64,000 bases of DNA from the NCBI RefSeq assembly GCF_009914755.1, contig NC_060942.1; one strand, 5' to 3'. The notes under the pieces were generated by a model, which was not told where the DNA came from, did no database searches, and saw only the letters and a list, made by a program, of their open reading frames with translations. Both the position numbers and the translations under genes were made by a program. Origin of the DNA: the human T2T-CHM13v2.0 reference genome, Homo sapiens. This document shows, piece by piece, positions 43,801 to 56,490 of the stretch; positions within the stretch are counted from its first letter, which is position 1, and each line of letters opens with the position of its first letter.

Positions 43801-44709
43801 CACACTCATTTTGTTTTGTTTTGTCTTTTGTTATTTTCTTTTTTCTTTTACCTTTTTATTTTTACCTAATTTCAGACTTAAAAAGAAGTTGCAAGAAAAA
43901 AATCCTGTATACTCTTTTCACCCAGATTTCCCAAATGTTAACATATCACCATATTTGCTTTATCAATTTTGTTCTCTCTCTATTTTGTAGTTGTGAGATA
44001 CCTCTTTGCCCCTAAATACTTCAGTGTATTTTCTAAGAATAAGGTTTTCACTTACATAACTATCATATAATTAAAATCACGGTATTACTATTGTTGCAAT
44101 AGCTAATCTAATCCACAGACTTTATTGAGATTTATATATTCAATAATTCTCTTTATAGTCCAAGAAAATCCTGCATCACACATCACATTTAATACTCATG
44201 TTTTCTTAGTCTCCTTTAATTTGGAACAGTTCCACAGTCTTTTTAATTACATGATATTAACTTAAAAACTACTGGCCAGTTATTTTGTAGAAAGTTCCTT
44301 ATTTTGGATTTGTTTGCTGTATCCTCAGGCTATGCATTTTGGCCGAGAATACCAGAGAAGTGACCTTGTATTCTTCCCAGTGCATCACACTGGGAGGCAT
44401 GTGATTTGGCTCTGTCCAATTACTGCTAATGTTAGCTTCGGTCACTCAGTCAAAGTGGTATCTTCTAAGTGATTCCGTTGTAAAAAGTTACATTTTTTTT
44501 CCCTTTATGATTAAGACGTATCTTGTCAGGAGATACTTCGAGACTATATAAATGTCCAGCTACTAAAAAAAGTTTCACCCACTACATTTAGCATCCACTG
44601 GTGATTCTTACCTAAGTCAATTATTATTATAGTGGTTGTCAAGAATTACTTTATTAATTCCAATATTGGTTCTACATTTAGTTAGTCATTCTACTATAAA
44701 GAAGAACTT

Positions 44710-44920
44710 TCCTCCCTTCCCTCCTTCTGGCCTTTCTTCCTTCCATTTTTTCTTTCCTTCCCTTCTTCCTTTCTTTCTTCTGTCCAGAATCTACAAACCT
44801 AACACTCAAATATAGGTTTGGAATACATTATCCACCAGGAAGAACTGTCCCTTCCTTCCTTCCTACCTTCCTTCCTTCCTTCCTTCCTCTTTCTTCCCTC
44901 CATCCCTCCCTCCCTTCATC
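44710..44920. repeat. (TTCC)n-type polypyrimidine tracts (two blocks)
   Basis: Read directly from the sequence. Confidence 0.85.
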
Positions 44921-44963
44921 TTTTGTTCTATCATTATTTCTTCATATTAATAATAGACTCACA

Positions 44964-45268
44964 GGCCAGGTGCGGTGGCTCACGCCTGTAATCCCAGCAC
45001 TTTAGGAGGCAGAGGTGGGTAGATCACAAGGTAAGGAGCTCAAGACCAGCCTGACCAACATGGTGAAATCCCGTCTCTACTAAAATTACAAAAATTAGCT
45101 GGGTGTGATGGCATGGAACTGTAATCCCAGCTACTCAGGAGGTGGAGGCAGGAGAATCGCTTGTACCCAGGAAGCAGAGGTTGCAGTGAGCTGAGACCAT
45201 GCCACTGAACTATAGCCTGGGCGACAGCATGAGACTCCATCTCAAAAAAAAAAAAAAAAAAAAAAAAA
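44964..45268 (+). mobile_element. Alu, AluSg/Sc-like
   Basis: Full dimer, long poly-A tail; TSD agactcaca/agactcata. Confidence 0.93.
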
Positions 45269-45639
45269 AGACTCATAAAACATTATTTAAAGGATTATAA
45301 TCCATTGCTATTGTTTTAAAGAAATCGATGCTCACTTGTCCTAGATTTGGACAGAGGGTACCCATTTAAGCTAATGCCTACATATGAGGTGTTTGTCAAT
45401 ACTCCATCATTCTTCAAGCACAGTCTTACTTTGAAGGTGTTCTAGGCTTGTCTTGTATTTCTCCAGCCTTGGAATCAATAGTTCTTGTTCTTTTTGGTGG
45501 ATAATGCATTCCAAACCTACATTTGAGCATAGGTTTGTAGAGTCTGGACTCCTAACCCCTGTGATCATTGTGTCTCCTAAGTTCTCGTTTCTTCTCTGGA
45601 CTCTGTGACAGCACGCTGATGATGTCCCTGAAGCCATCT

Positions 45640-46200
45640 TGATCCACTCCAGTTTGTTTTCCACACTGTAGCATGATGTTCTTTTCAAAATGCCTCCATG
45701 ATCTTGTAAACTTTCTGCTTACAAGACCTCTTCATGATGTCTCTTTGTAATGAACTAAAAACGTGTTTAATCTGCTTCCTGAGACTACTCCTGGTCTCTG
45801 AGACCACTCCAGCCTCTTCTCACTCTGTTCTCTTCCTTACTATCTTCCCTCCAGGCTCCCTGGTCTTTCTTTTGGTTTCCCGAAACTCCTATGTTCCTCC
45901 CAGTTCAGGGTTCTGCCTGTGTTCACTCCTCGTCGAACGCTCTCACATGCGATGCTCCACCCAGCACAGCTCCTCAGATCTCAGCTCAAATGTCACTTCA
46001 TTAGACATCAGTCTAGATTAGAGTCTCTCACTGGGCCCTGTTTCTTTATCTCTGTTTGAGATTATACACTCAATACTGTGATATTTTGATTAAATTATCT
46101 TCCCTACTGTTCACTCTAAGCTCCATTCTCAACACTGCTTCCTTAAAACCTGGACGAGGTTTGGCACATAGTAAGAGTTTTATACAAATTTGGTGAATAA
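45640..46200 (+). mobile_element. L2 relic with 3' end
   Basis: ctcagctcaaatgtcactt...taagctcc...tggcacatagtaag...aaatttggtgaat. Confidence 0.7.
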
Positions 46201-47147
46201 AGTATATACTGCCCATATAGAAGCAAGGAGTGATTGAAATACTACTACATTGGAAATGCCCAGACTTAGCCTCTTTTTGTTGTTTTTTATAATTGTCTTG
46301 AAGTAATTATTCTGTTGCTATAATGAGGTTGCAGAAATATTAAAAAGCAATGTAATTTTAGAAATCAATATATAGAGGGGAAATCTGATGCTTTGAGTTT
46401 TCGATAATAAGACTGTGCATTTGGCTGAAACAGGCTTTTGATTTGAAAGAGATATCAACATTTTAAGTGACAGTTCTTTGAGAAAACAATTAGTCATTCT
46501 AAGATGAGATTTAACATGGAAATACCTTTATTTTCAACCTACTTAAAGACAATACTTTGGCTGTCATTGGTATTAGATTCCCAGCATTGTTGTTAGAAAT
46601 GCCATAGTATTAATTTGAATCAATAGCACCTTAATTACAGTACAATTTTCTAAGTAACATCATTGTCCCCCAAGTCATTGTGATCTCTCTAGTTAAATGT
46701 GTTTTTCCATGATAAAATAATCATCAAGCTATGTCCATCCCCTAAGACTCAGAATGTTATTCAGTCTGCACCTTATTCAGCATTAAACCACTGTTACTGT
46801 CAATTAAGTTTCACTTTTAAATGGTAGAAGGGGAAGTAGTAAGTTCCTTCGACACTTACAAAGCCTTTTTTTAAAAAAAAAAAATCTTATTCCAGCACCA
46901 TGCTTCCTAAGGATTTTTAATTTTCTTCTATACCAATTTTTAATAAACTAGCAACCCACAGATGAGAAATAAAAACCCTTATAAGAGGTGATTAAAACAT
47001 AATGGAACATTATTCATTCTCACAAGTATCCTGAATTCCCATGGCAAATTACCAAATTTTACAGTTTTAAAATAGGGAAATGGATATGCAGTTAGTAGAA
47101 AAATTTGCATTGGTGATGAAAATTATACATATGCATAATACTCATAA

Positions 47148-47653
<506 letters not shown>

Positions 47654-47784
47654 ATCTTTAAGAGTCTTGAAGCTGTTCTCCCTAATTGAGACTTGGGTCT
47701 TCAAAGGAAGCCCTTAAGCAAAGATGGGAGGTGAACGTGAATTCTATTCAGTTCCCGTGTTTAGAATTATTGTTACCTTTTGAC

Positions 47785-48935
47785 ACTTTAAAAAATTGAT
47801 ATAACACTATGTGGTTAGCATATGTTGTGCACATAGCAAATTACATAAGGTACACTAATATTATGAATAAAGCTCAATGAGTATGGACATACGTACACAC
47901 TCATGTATCTACTACCTGGAAGAAAATATGGGACGTTTCTAGTGCCCCAGAAGGCTCTCTCATGCTTCTTTCCTGTTGGTGGCCCCCTTCCAGCCCATAA
48001 CTACTACTCTAATTTCCTTAATGAAGTCATACATTCTACATCTTTTGCATCTAGCTTCTTTCATTCAACTTAGTATCTATAAAAGTTACCCATATTGTTG
48101 CATGCATTAGTTACGTTTTTAAAATTCTTATATATAATATTCCATTTCATGGAAATACTACCTTTTATTTGTCCATTTTCTTGTTGATTGACATTTAGAT
48201 GATTTTCTTATTTTGATCATTACAAATAAAGCTATTATGAACATTATTGTACACATCTTTTGGTGGCCATGTGTACTCATTTCTCTTGGATATATGTCTA
48301 GGAGTAGAACTTCCATTTAATGGGTAAGTGTATTAGTTTGTTTTCATGCTTCTGATAAAGACATACCCAAGACTGGGTAATTTATAAAGGAAAAGAGGTT
48401 TCATGGACTCACAGTTCCATGTGGCTGGGGAGGCCTCACGATTATGGTGGAAGGCAATGGAAGAGCAAAGGGATGTCTTACATGGCGGCCAGCAAAAAGA
48501 GAATGAGAGCGAAGCAAAAGGGGAAACCCCTTATAACAGCATCACATCTCATGAGGCTCATTCACTACCACAAGAACAGTATGGGGGGAATCGCCCCCAT
48601 GATTAATTTATCTCCTACTGAGTCCCTCCTACAACAGGTGGGAATTATGGGATCTGCATCGCAAGATGAGATTTGGGTGGGGACACAGCCAACCTGTATG
48701 AGTAAGTATTAAAAATTTTCCATTTAAACGTATTGCCTTTTCCATGATAAAGGCAATGATTATTTTCCATGATAAACTAATCATCAAGCTATGTCCATCC
48801 CCTAAGACTCAGTCTTCCAACTTGGTTATACTATTTTACATTCTTGCAAACAATGTGTGACACTTCCAGTTTCCTCAATTCTTGCTGATGTTTGGTATTG
48901 ACAATCATTTTAGTTTTAGCCATTTTGATGATGTG
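47785..48935 (-). mobile_element. L1ME-like 3' region split by a THE1 LTR and a templated insert
   Basis: acaaataaagctattatgaacattattgtacacatcttttggtgg...catttctcttggatatatgtctaggagtag. Confidence 0.72.
48329..48701 (-). mobile_element. THE1B-like MaLR solo LTR
   Basis: tgtattagtttgttttcatgcttctgataaagacatacccaagactgggtaattt; perfect TSD GTAAG (48324-48328 and 48702-48706). Confidence 0.93.
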
Positions 48936-49049
48936 CATATATATATTTTGGTAACTTCTGGCTTTAGATTTTTATATGGTTTTTAGCTTTCCAGTTTCAT
49001 TCTCAGATTTAGCACCTCAGATTTAGTCCATCTTTGTATCTAGTCCTGG

Positions 49050-49515
49050 TGTTACAGGCCAAGTTCTTCTAACTGTGTGTTCCAAGACAGATCTCTCTGG
49101 CAGAGTTGACAGTCAATCTGCAGACCAAAGCATACTGCCATGGAAATTTCATCTCTAGGGAATTATCTCAGAACTTCCATCCTCCCTGGGTCACCTCTGA
49201 ACTCACACTCACTAGAAGGGCTTACGTAAAGCATGCCCACCTGGCCACTATTATGACTTACTTCTGCCCAGGAAAGCACCAACTCAAAATCCTGTAGGTA
49301 AAGGTAGTAGGGGACCCCTGCCCTTGCTCCTTTCTTTCCCTACCTTATAAAAATGTCTGCTTTCTGCTCCAAAGGTGAAGTAGCACCTTTAAAGGCAGGA
49401 TGCTTTGTGTCATCTTCCTCTTTCTGAATAAATTCACTGTTTTGTGTGTGTCAGGCTTTACTCTCATTAATTGAACTCTACATACAGGGAGCAACTAACC
49501 TGCTTTTCAGTTACA
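49050..49515 (+). mobile_element. Solo LTR (MER66/LTR47-like, family uncertain)
   Basis: tgttaca...cagttaca ends; ttataaaa at ~49345; aataaa at ~49427; TSD ctgg/ccag. Confidence 0.7.
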
Positions 49516-50592
49516 CCAGTCACCTTCTCTGATGTTACTTTTCCCAATTTCCTCCGGTGTACTTTTGTGTAGAATCTCATTCTAGCTACAACACTACCCC
49601 AGTTTTATTTTTATTATTACCTAGGCATTAAAAGGTAGTAGTCATTTGGATATACCTGGAAAATAAGGTAGACAACTTAGATAACTGCTTGCTTGTTTAA
49701 TTAAAAGGTCAGGTAATACATACAGACAAATATATAGAGAAAACAAATGTGCTACTTCACACTAGCACCATCTGCTTTCCACACAGCCAATCTGAGATCA
49801 CTGGAAAGAATTAGGCTGACATTATTTATATAGAATTGAGTAGAATAGAAACTGGTCCTTAAATGATGGTTAGGCTTTGTATAACTGATCCAAAGGCTCA
49901 TCCCAATGGATAGAGATGGAAATACTTCAGTGTTTTTGTTTCTGATAGCAGAGCTGGAAAAAAATAGAAATGACCATAAAGATTCAGTTAACCAGCACAT
50001 GCAAGGTGTAGGAAATTTGGTCAATAATATCTCATGAGGAATCGAATATCTAAACCAGATTAACACATTTTTGTCAAACTTTCTGGTGGGCATTGTCTTA
50101 GTGTCCACATTTGTTTTACGTCTCAGTAAGGAGAGGCTATTGAACGTGATTGATTTTGTCTCTGCAGACTGGGGATCTTAAAGAGCCTTGGCGACATCTT
50201 AATGGCCCTGAATTCTCAGTGTGCTGTATTAAACAGAGACAGAGAATGAGTTCACACCGAATCCATAATGACCTTACGATTTGCACTGTATTTTTGAAGT
50301 AAAATGCTCCATTTTGGTTTTCTTGTCTACTGCTTCTTTCTCTTAATCCATTGAACTGAGAAAAATATTACATTTGCCAACTGGTTACTTCAGTTCCAAT
50401 TAATTGAGGCTGCACCATCATTTGCTAATAAATATACTTTCCTAAGGTGGGAAGTCTACTAGAAAAGACACATGGAAATCAAAAAGTCACACAAGAACAC
50501 CCAAAGTAAATATTGTGTTATGACTCAGTGAAGTCCACTTTATTAGGTAAAAGCAACAAGTTCTGAACTTACCTTGGGACTGAAATAATTAA

Positions 50593-50937
<345 letters not shown>

Positions 50938-50964
50938 AAGTAGGTATATTTTCTTGAAAATAAC

Positions 50965-51170
50965 ATGAGATTTTGAAGTCCAATGGTCAGGGTCCAAGTT
51001 CTGGATTTAGTGTGACATTTGGCATGATGTTAACTTTTTTGTGAACCAGTTTTGCCAGCCAAAAACAGGAAATAGTAACAATAATACTTATCTTAAAAAT
51101 TATTGTGAGAATCAAATTAGAGATATACATGAAGTATCTATATGATTGGTGAAACCTTATGACAACAGAA
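50965..51170 (+). mobile_element. MIR SINE
   Basis: ttttgaagtc...gggtccaagttctgg...attattgtgagaatcaaattagagat. Confidence 0.7.
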
Positions 51171-51691
51171 GATGTCATTATCTATGGTATCAAATGAAAA
51201 CATGGACTACGGAGGGGGTTTGATAGGGTGTGAGGTAGTGTCTTTACTGTGCTCATTTGATCATATGTATGGAGGTGAGATGATGTCACTTTTAGTAATT
51301 AGTGAATTACTCAAAGTCTTCTTGAGCTGTTTGTTTGATAGAAAGCAGCTGGGCTCACCTTCCAGTTTGAATTCTAATTGCTTTGGTTATAATAAAGAAA
51401 CTGAAACTCACCTGTTCAGGGGTTATATCTGATGAGGGAAACATTACCTTAAGTTATCTGATTAAGCATAATTTGGGTGAGAGAAACTGGCCATCATTGA
51501 CTTGCTTCAAGGGCTGGAGGATGCCCTTTGGCTTTACTTGTAGGCTGAAACAGAAGAAGACCTGAGCAGTGCAGATTTCCAGGAGAGGAGAAAGGAAGGT
51601 TTGGTGTACTGAAAAGAATGCTGGTCTGAAAATCTAGAAATCAGGATTTCAGCAACAAGGAGGTGGAAGACCTTGGCAAATTGGCCTCTCT

Positions 51692-52030
51692 TCTTTTTTT
51701 TTTTCTTTCCCCTCCCTCCCTCGCTCCTTCTCTCTCTCTCTCTCTCTCTCTCTCTTCCTTCCTTCCTTTCTTTCTTATGTTTTTTCAAGATAGGATTTCA
51801 CTGTGTCATCCAGGCTGAAGTGCACTGGCATGATGATGGCTTACTGCAGCCTCAACCTCCTAGGCTCAAGGGATCCTCCCACCTTAGCCTTTTTTTTTTT
51901 TTTTTTTAAGAGAAGGAAGAATTCACCGTGGTCCTCGTAATTATTTTTCACTGTGTTTCCCATGTTGGTCTCAAACCATCTCGGCTGCCCAAAGTGCTGG
52001 GATCACAGCCGTGCATTACTGTGCCTGGCC
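51692..52030 (-). mobile_element. Degenerate AluJ with (CT)n-rich tail, internal deletions and a small insert
   Basis: actgcagcctcaacctcctaggctcaagggatcctcccacc; ends gtgcctggcc; TSD ggcctctcttctt/gacctttcttctt. Confidence 0.85.
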
Positions 52031-52621
52031 TGACCTTTCTTCTTTAGACCTCACTCTTATGTGTTAAATGGTTGGGCTGTCCTCACATTCTTCACTCTTG
52101 TCTACTCCCCAGTATAGTATCCTTATGGTGTCTTTTTGCCCTCCATTAAAATCTATCAGGAAAAGATTTAAAAGCCATCCATACTGAACTACAAATAACT
52201 GATGAGATCTCCACTGCAGAAGAGATGGAAGTTTTAAGCTAAAAGAATGAAGCACCAGCTGTAGAATTCCAGGCATTAATCAAAAGGTAATTATTTTGGA
52301 AGCAAATAGAAACTTTCTGAGAGCCTACAATCAACACTTGGAGGTAGCTGTGCTTTTTTTTTTTTCTATGCTGTCATCTGGCATGAGTGGAAAGATAAAT
52401 ATGAGAGAAGCAATGTGTTTGGGAAGTTCATCACAGCGTGCAGGCCCTGTATGGATGCCAAATAGGGAAAAACAACTCATCATCCTGCCCTGCTTGGCTG
52501 GTTTGTGCCCTGACTTCCTTCTTAGGGGTTGCAGAATATTTTATTTAGTTTCAATGTCTCATTTTTGAAACTTGTACTCTGTAATTAAATAAGATTGTAC
52601 CATTCTAAAAGAGAAGAGGAT

Positions 52622-52782
52622 TGACTAAGTATGTTTGGTCCCTGGACAGCAGTAGCAGCATCACTTGAGAGCTTGCTAGAAATTCAGAATCTCAGGCCCA
52701 CCCTGGACTCACTGAATTAGAATCTACATTTTAACAAGATCCCTAGGTGATTTGTGAGCACATTAAAGTTTGAGAAGTGCCG
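52622..52782. mobile_element. MER5A-family MITE
   Basis: cagcatcacttgagagcttgctagaaattcagaatctcaggccc...ttttaacaagatccc...aaagtttgagaag. Confidence 0.85.
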
Positions 52783-52929
52783 AATTCATGTATCAGGACA
52801 TTTATTCCCCACCCCAGTAATTAAAATCCCTGGTGTCACCAAAGGCTCTTTTCTCTAATTTAAGCGGTTCTTCTTGCAATGCTATTTTCATCCTCTGGCT
52901 ACTAATATACAGTTGTCAGATCCCTCAAG

Positions 52930-53105
52930 CCCGCTCAGAATTGCTGTGAAGCCCAGCCTTACATATTTAGTTCTTTTAATGTTTGCTCATAAATCAAGTC
53001 CTCCATCCCCTTAATCAATCCAGCAACTCTCCACTGAATTTGCAGCAATTTGTCAACATCTTTCTATATCTGAGAAGCTCTAGGCCTGAATGTAATTTTC
53101 TATGA
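52930..53105 (-). mobile_element. L3/CR1 relic
   Basis: tccatccccttaatcaatccagcaactctccactgaat...caatttgtcaacatctttc. Confidence 0.45.
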
Positions 53106-54139
53106 GGAGACACAGATATTATTTACAGGATTTAAAACTCCTTTAAGATATGTGGTCAAGGCTAATAATCAAACAAAGTGAAGGCAGTGTATGTGCAAAG
53201 ACTAGACAATCAATTGGAGATACATTTAATAGTAGCGTCATCACCATGGTCCTCATCATCATTAACTGCAATTCAAAAGATATCTCTCAAACTCTTATCA
53301 TGTGTAAGCATGGTGGCAGGTACTAAGGATAAACAGAGGTATCAGAGGGGATCCCATTTCTTAGAAAGGTTTGAGTCTCCGAGACAAAGGTTTGCAATAA
53401 AATAAGTACTAGAAAGTAGAATAAGTGATTGAGGCCCAGTAAGGAGAAGAGAATTATTGTGGACTACGGCGCTTAGAAAAGTTTCGGGGAGGTCTTAAGA
53501 AAATTTAGCAATCTAGATTAATGGAAAAAAGTAGAAAGAATATTCTAGGCAGATAAATAAATTGAAACTATGGTTTTAAACAAACAAACAAAAATTTTAA
53601 CTTTTAAAAGTAGACTATCCGCCCACCACATTCTAGATTGCCTATTTCTTTTTCTCTCTACATTTTTCTTATCTTCTAAAGGTTTTTATTAATCATGCAT
53701 TACTTTAAAAAGAAAAGTAAATGATACTTTATGAAGCAGAGAGAAAAAAAAACTTAGTTTATGTATTTTTAAATCTTACTATCTCTTTCATCTAAAAGAA
53801 GGGAGAATTCAGCAAAACAGTGTATACAGAGGAAAAATCGAGGTTCCCTTAGCTGCCCTTCTCTCCTCTTCAGGCTGGCATAGGAAGGGAATGGATCTGC
53901 AAAAACAGCCTCCAACAACATTTTCCAGTGAAACATTTGAAATCACGCTCGGGAGCTCTGAGTTCCACAGCTGGTCCGGTTGTGACTGAGTTGTGTGATG
54001 TTGGGTGTCACTTATTCTTTCATATGCCAAATGGGGGTTTTATTATGATTATCATGTGTTTCATAATAGCCTTATTAGGTTGATAAGACCTTAATATGGG
54101 CTTCTAACATGTGGAGCTAAGTCTGTGATATAGTGGCAT

Positions 54140-54271
54140 CAAATAACTGTGTGATTTATTGTCCAAATTCAGATGTCTTTGAGAATGAGAAGGGCTTTTG
54201 TTAATATCCACACCACAGCAACCCATAACAATGAGGCCTGTCCCCACACATAGGTCTGTTTGGTCAACCCA
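54140..54271 (+). mobile_element. MER94-like MITE
   Basis: tgatttattgtccaaa...tttgagaatgagaaggg...tggtcaaccca. Confidence 0.6.
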
Positions 54272-55614
54272 GCTAGTACAGACCAGAGTATCACTACAAC
54301 TCTGTTGTGGGAGAAAGAAATGTTCTTTTTTAGTAACAGATTGTTTGGTTTTGTGAGACTAAGATTTTTTTTTTTTTCCCCAGTGTAAGCAGCTCTGCCC
54401 AGAACCCATATTTTGGGTGAAGGACACCCTTAGTCCCTGGAGTGAGAAACAGGGATTTGCTGGATGTAATGATTTTCCAGCCTCTCCCTCTCACCTCTGC
54501 TATTGAAGATTGAGTTAGACCTGCTCTGAAGGCCACAGAATAGATGGATGCATATTCTAATTCCTAATGCCTACAGGGCAATAACTCAGGCTGATTCCTT
54601 CAGCTACAATAACAAGGTTTATTTTATTACAGTTTGAAAGCTGTTTGGGACCTCACTAGGAGAACATGTCCCCTGGCTCAAATAGGTTAAACATCTGCTA
54701 ACTTTCCCCCCAACTTTCCCCTTAACTTTGTTTTATTGTTATTGCCCTCATGAGGCCACTAAGCAGGAGTTCATGGGAGGAAGAATGGAAGTGACATTTC
54801 TATCATTATTCAGCACATTCAGGCAGTTTATTATCTGGGAACTCATTCCTCCTCAACCCCCAAGGAACTTAATATGAAATAATATTAACACATTAAGCAT
54901 GTAATGTGAGGCTGCATTAATTAATATAATGTACAGATCTCTTACAAATTGTGGCCCAACTCTACTCCTATTACTGAGCTCAGACATGAAGGCGGGTGTT
55001 ACGTCCATGTTTTTTAAGAGAAAACATGGTGTCCAGAGGGTGACTAGGCATGTGAGATGCCTAAAAACAACCTTATTCAGTGTGCAGGAGAAGAGAAATG
55101 TGGAATTTATCTTCTGGAAACTGAAGACTTGCCATGGGAAAAAGAAGTGCATTTATATTAGTGATGATCCAGAAGACAGAATGAAAGCAACATAAAAAAT
55201 AACTTCCTGCAAAGTAGATCTGAGGCCAGCCTATGTATATGGGAAATATTTTAGAAAAGGCTAGTTATTTGGGGTGAGGCAGTTTTCTGCCCTGGATAAG
55301 TGCAAAACTGTAAAGAAACTCAAAATCTAGGATTCCATGGTCTGTAATTTGTACTCTAACTTGAAGTTTATTAGTCCTTCTAAGCTAGAAACCCACTTGA
55401 ACTTAAAGCAACTGCATGTCAACTTTTAGGTTACTATTCTCCACATGGGTTCTTTCTACTCTGTAAAGTAGTACTTTGCTTTATAGTAATTGCTTTCAAA
55501 TTTCAAGAATATTTCTTCTAATTATAATTGTCATGAACATTTCTTGTTGCCTCCCAAACATAAATTTTCTCCTTTTTGACAGATTTTACTCAGGTTTCTG
55601 TCTTTCTCTTGTGC

Positions 55615-56081
55615 AGCTATGTTAACCAAGAAAAGCTGAGCCAATCTCTGGTTTCACAGATGGGCTCTGATTAGTTAAATTAATCGTGGTAATGACTTAA
55701 CAGTCATTCATCTAAGAAGAGACATATAACCCAATTCTGGCCTGTGAGACTTAAGAAGAAAATGGTTGGAGGCATTTGCAAAGATTCTGCTTTTATGAGA
55801 AAGGAAAAGAGGGTTATTTTTTTTTTTCTTTCTCAGAAAAGACAAGAGGAATCTTGGCCTCAAAAACTGATATCCATCATAAGATCATGGTGAAATACAG
55901 TCTGAAGCAGGTCCAGAGTGAGAAGAGAAAAGAATCACAGAAATGGGGCTGGAGTTTCAACTGTATTAAGCCAGAAGACTACCTGCCTCCAAACTTTCAA
56001 GAAGCCAACAAAGTTCCTGACTGTTTAAACTAATTTGAGTTGGATTTCTATTGCTTGTATCTAAAAGAATCCTAACTGGTA
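55615..56081 (+). mobile_element. Old MLT1 (K/L-like) LTR
   Basis: acccaattctggcctgtgagac...gtttaaactaatttgagttggatttctattgcttg...aaagaatcctaactg. Confidence 0.6.
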
Positions 56082-56139
56082 AGCTAAACCTCCCGGAGTT
56101 GATAGTTAGGGACTTTATTTACTATTCACCTTTACTTAT

Positions 56140-56490
56140 TATTATTTTACTTTTATTTTAAACTAATTTTAGGCCAACAGAAAAGTTGACAAAAATAGTA
56201 GAGTTCGTATAAACTCTTCACTAATATTACCATCTTACATAACCACAGTACACTGATCAAAACTAGGAAATTAACTATAGTACAATAGTATTAACTAAAC
56301 TATGAACTTTATTTGAATTCCACTAGTTTGTCCACAAATGTCCACTTTTGTGTTCCAGGATCCTATCAAAGATCCCACATTGCATTTCATTTTAATGTCT
56401 CCTCAGTTTCTTCCAATCTATAACAATTCCTTAGTCCTATCTCTTTCAATATCTTGACACTTTTGGAATGTACTGATCAATTATCTTTCA
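56140..56490 (-). mobile_element. L1MC-like 3' end
   Basis: taattttaggc..acagaaaagttg...catcttacataaccacagtac...aaaactaggaaattaac. Confidence 0.7.

Larger units (their letters stand above)
43850..45530 (-). mobile_element. L1MC4/5-like 3' region, interrupted by pyrimidine repeats and an Alu
   Basis: aatttcagactta...gaagttgcaag...cacccagatttcccaaatgttaacat. Confidence 0.72.
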
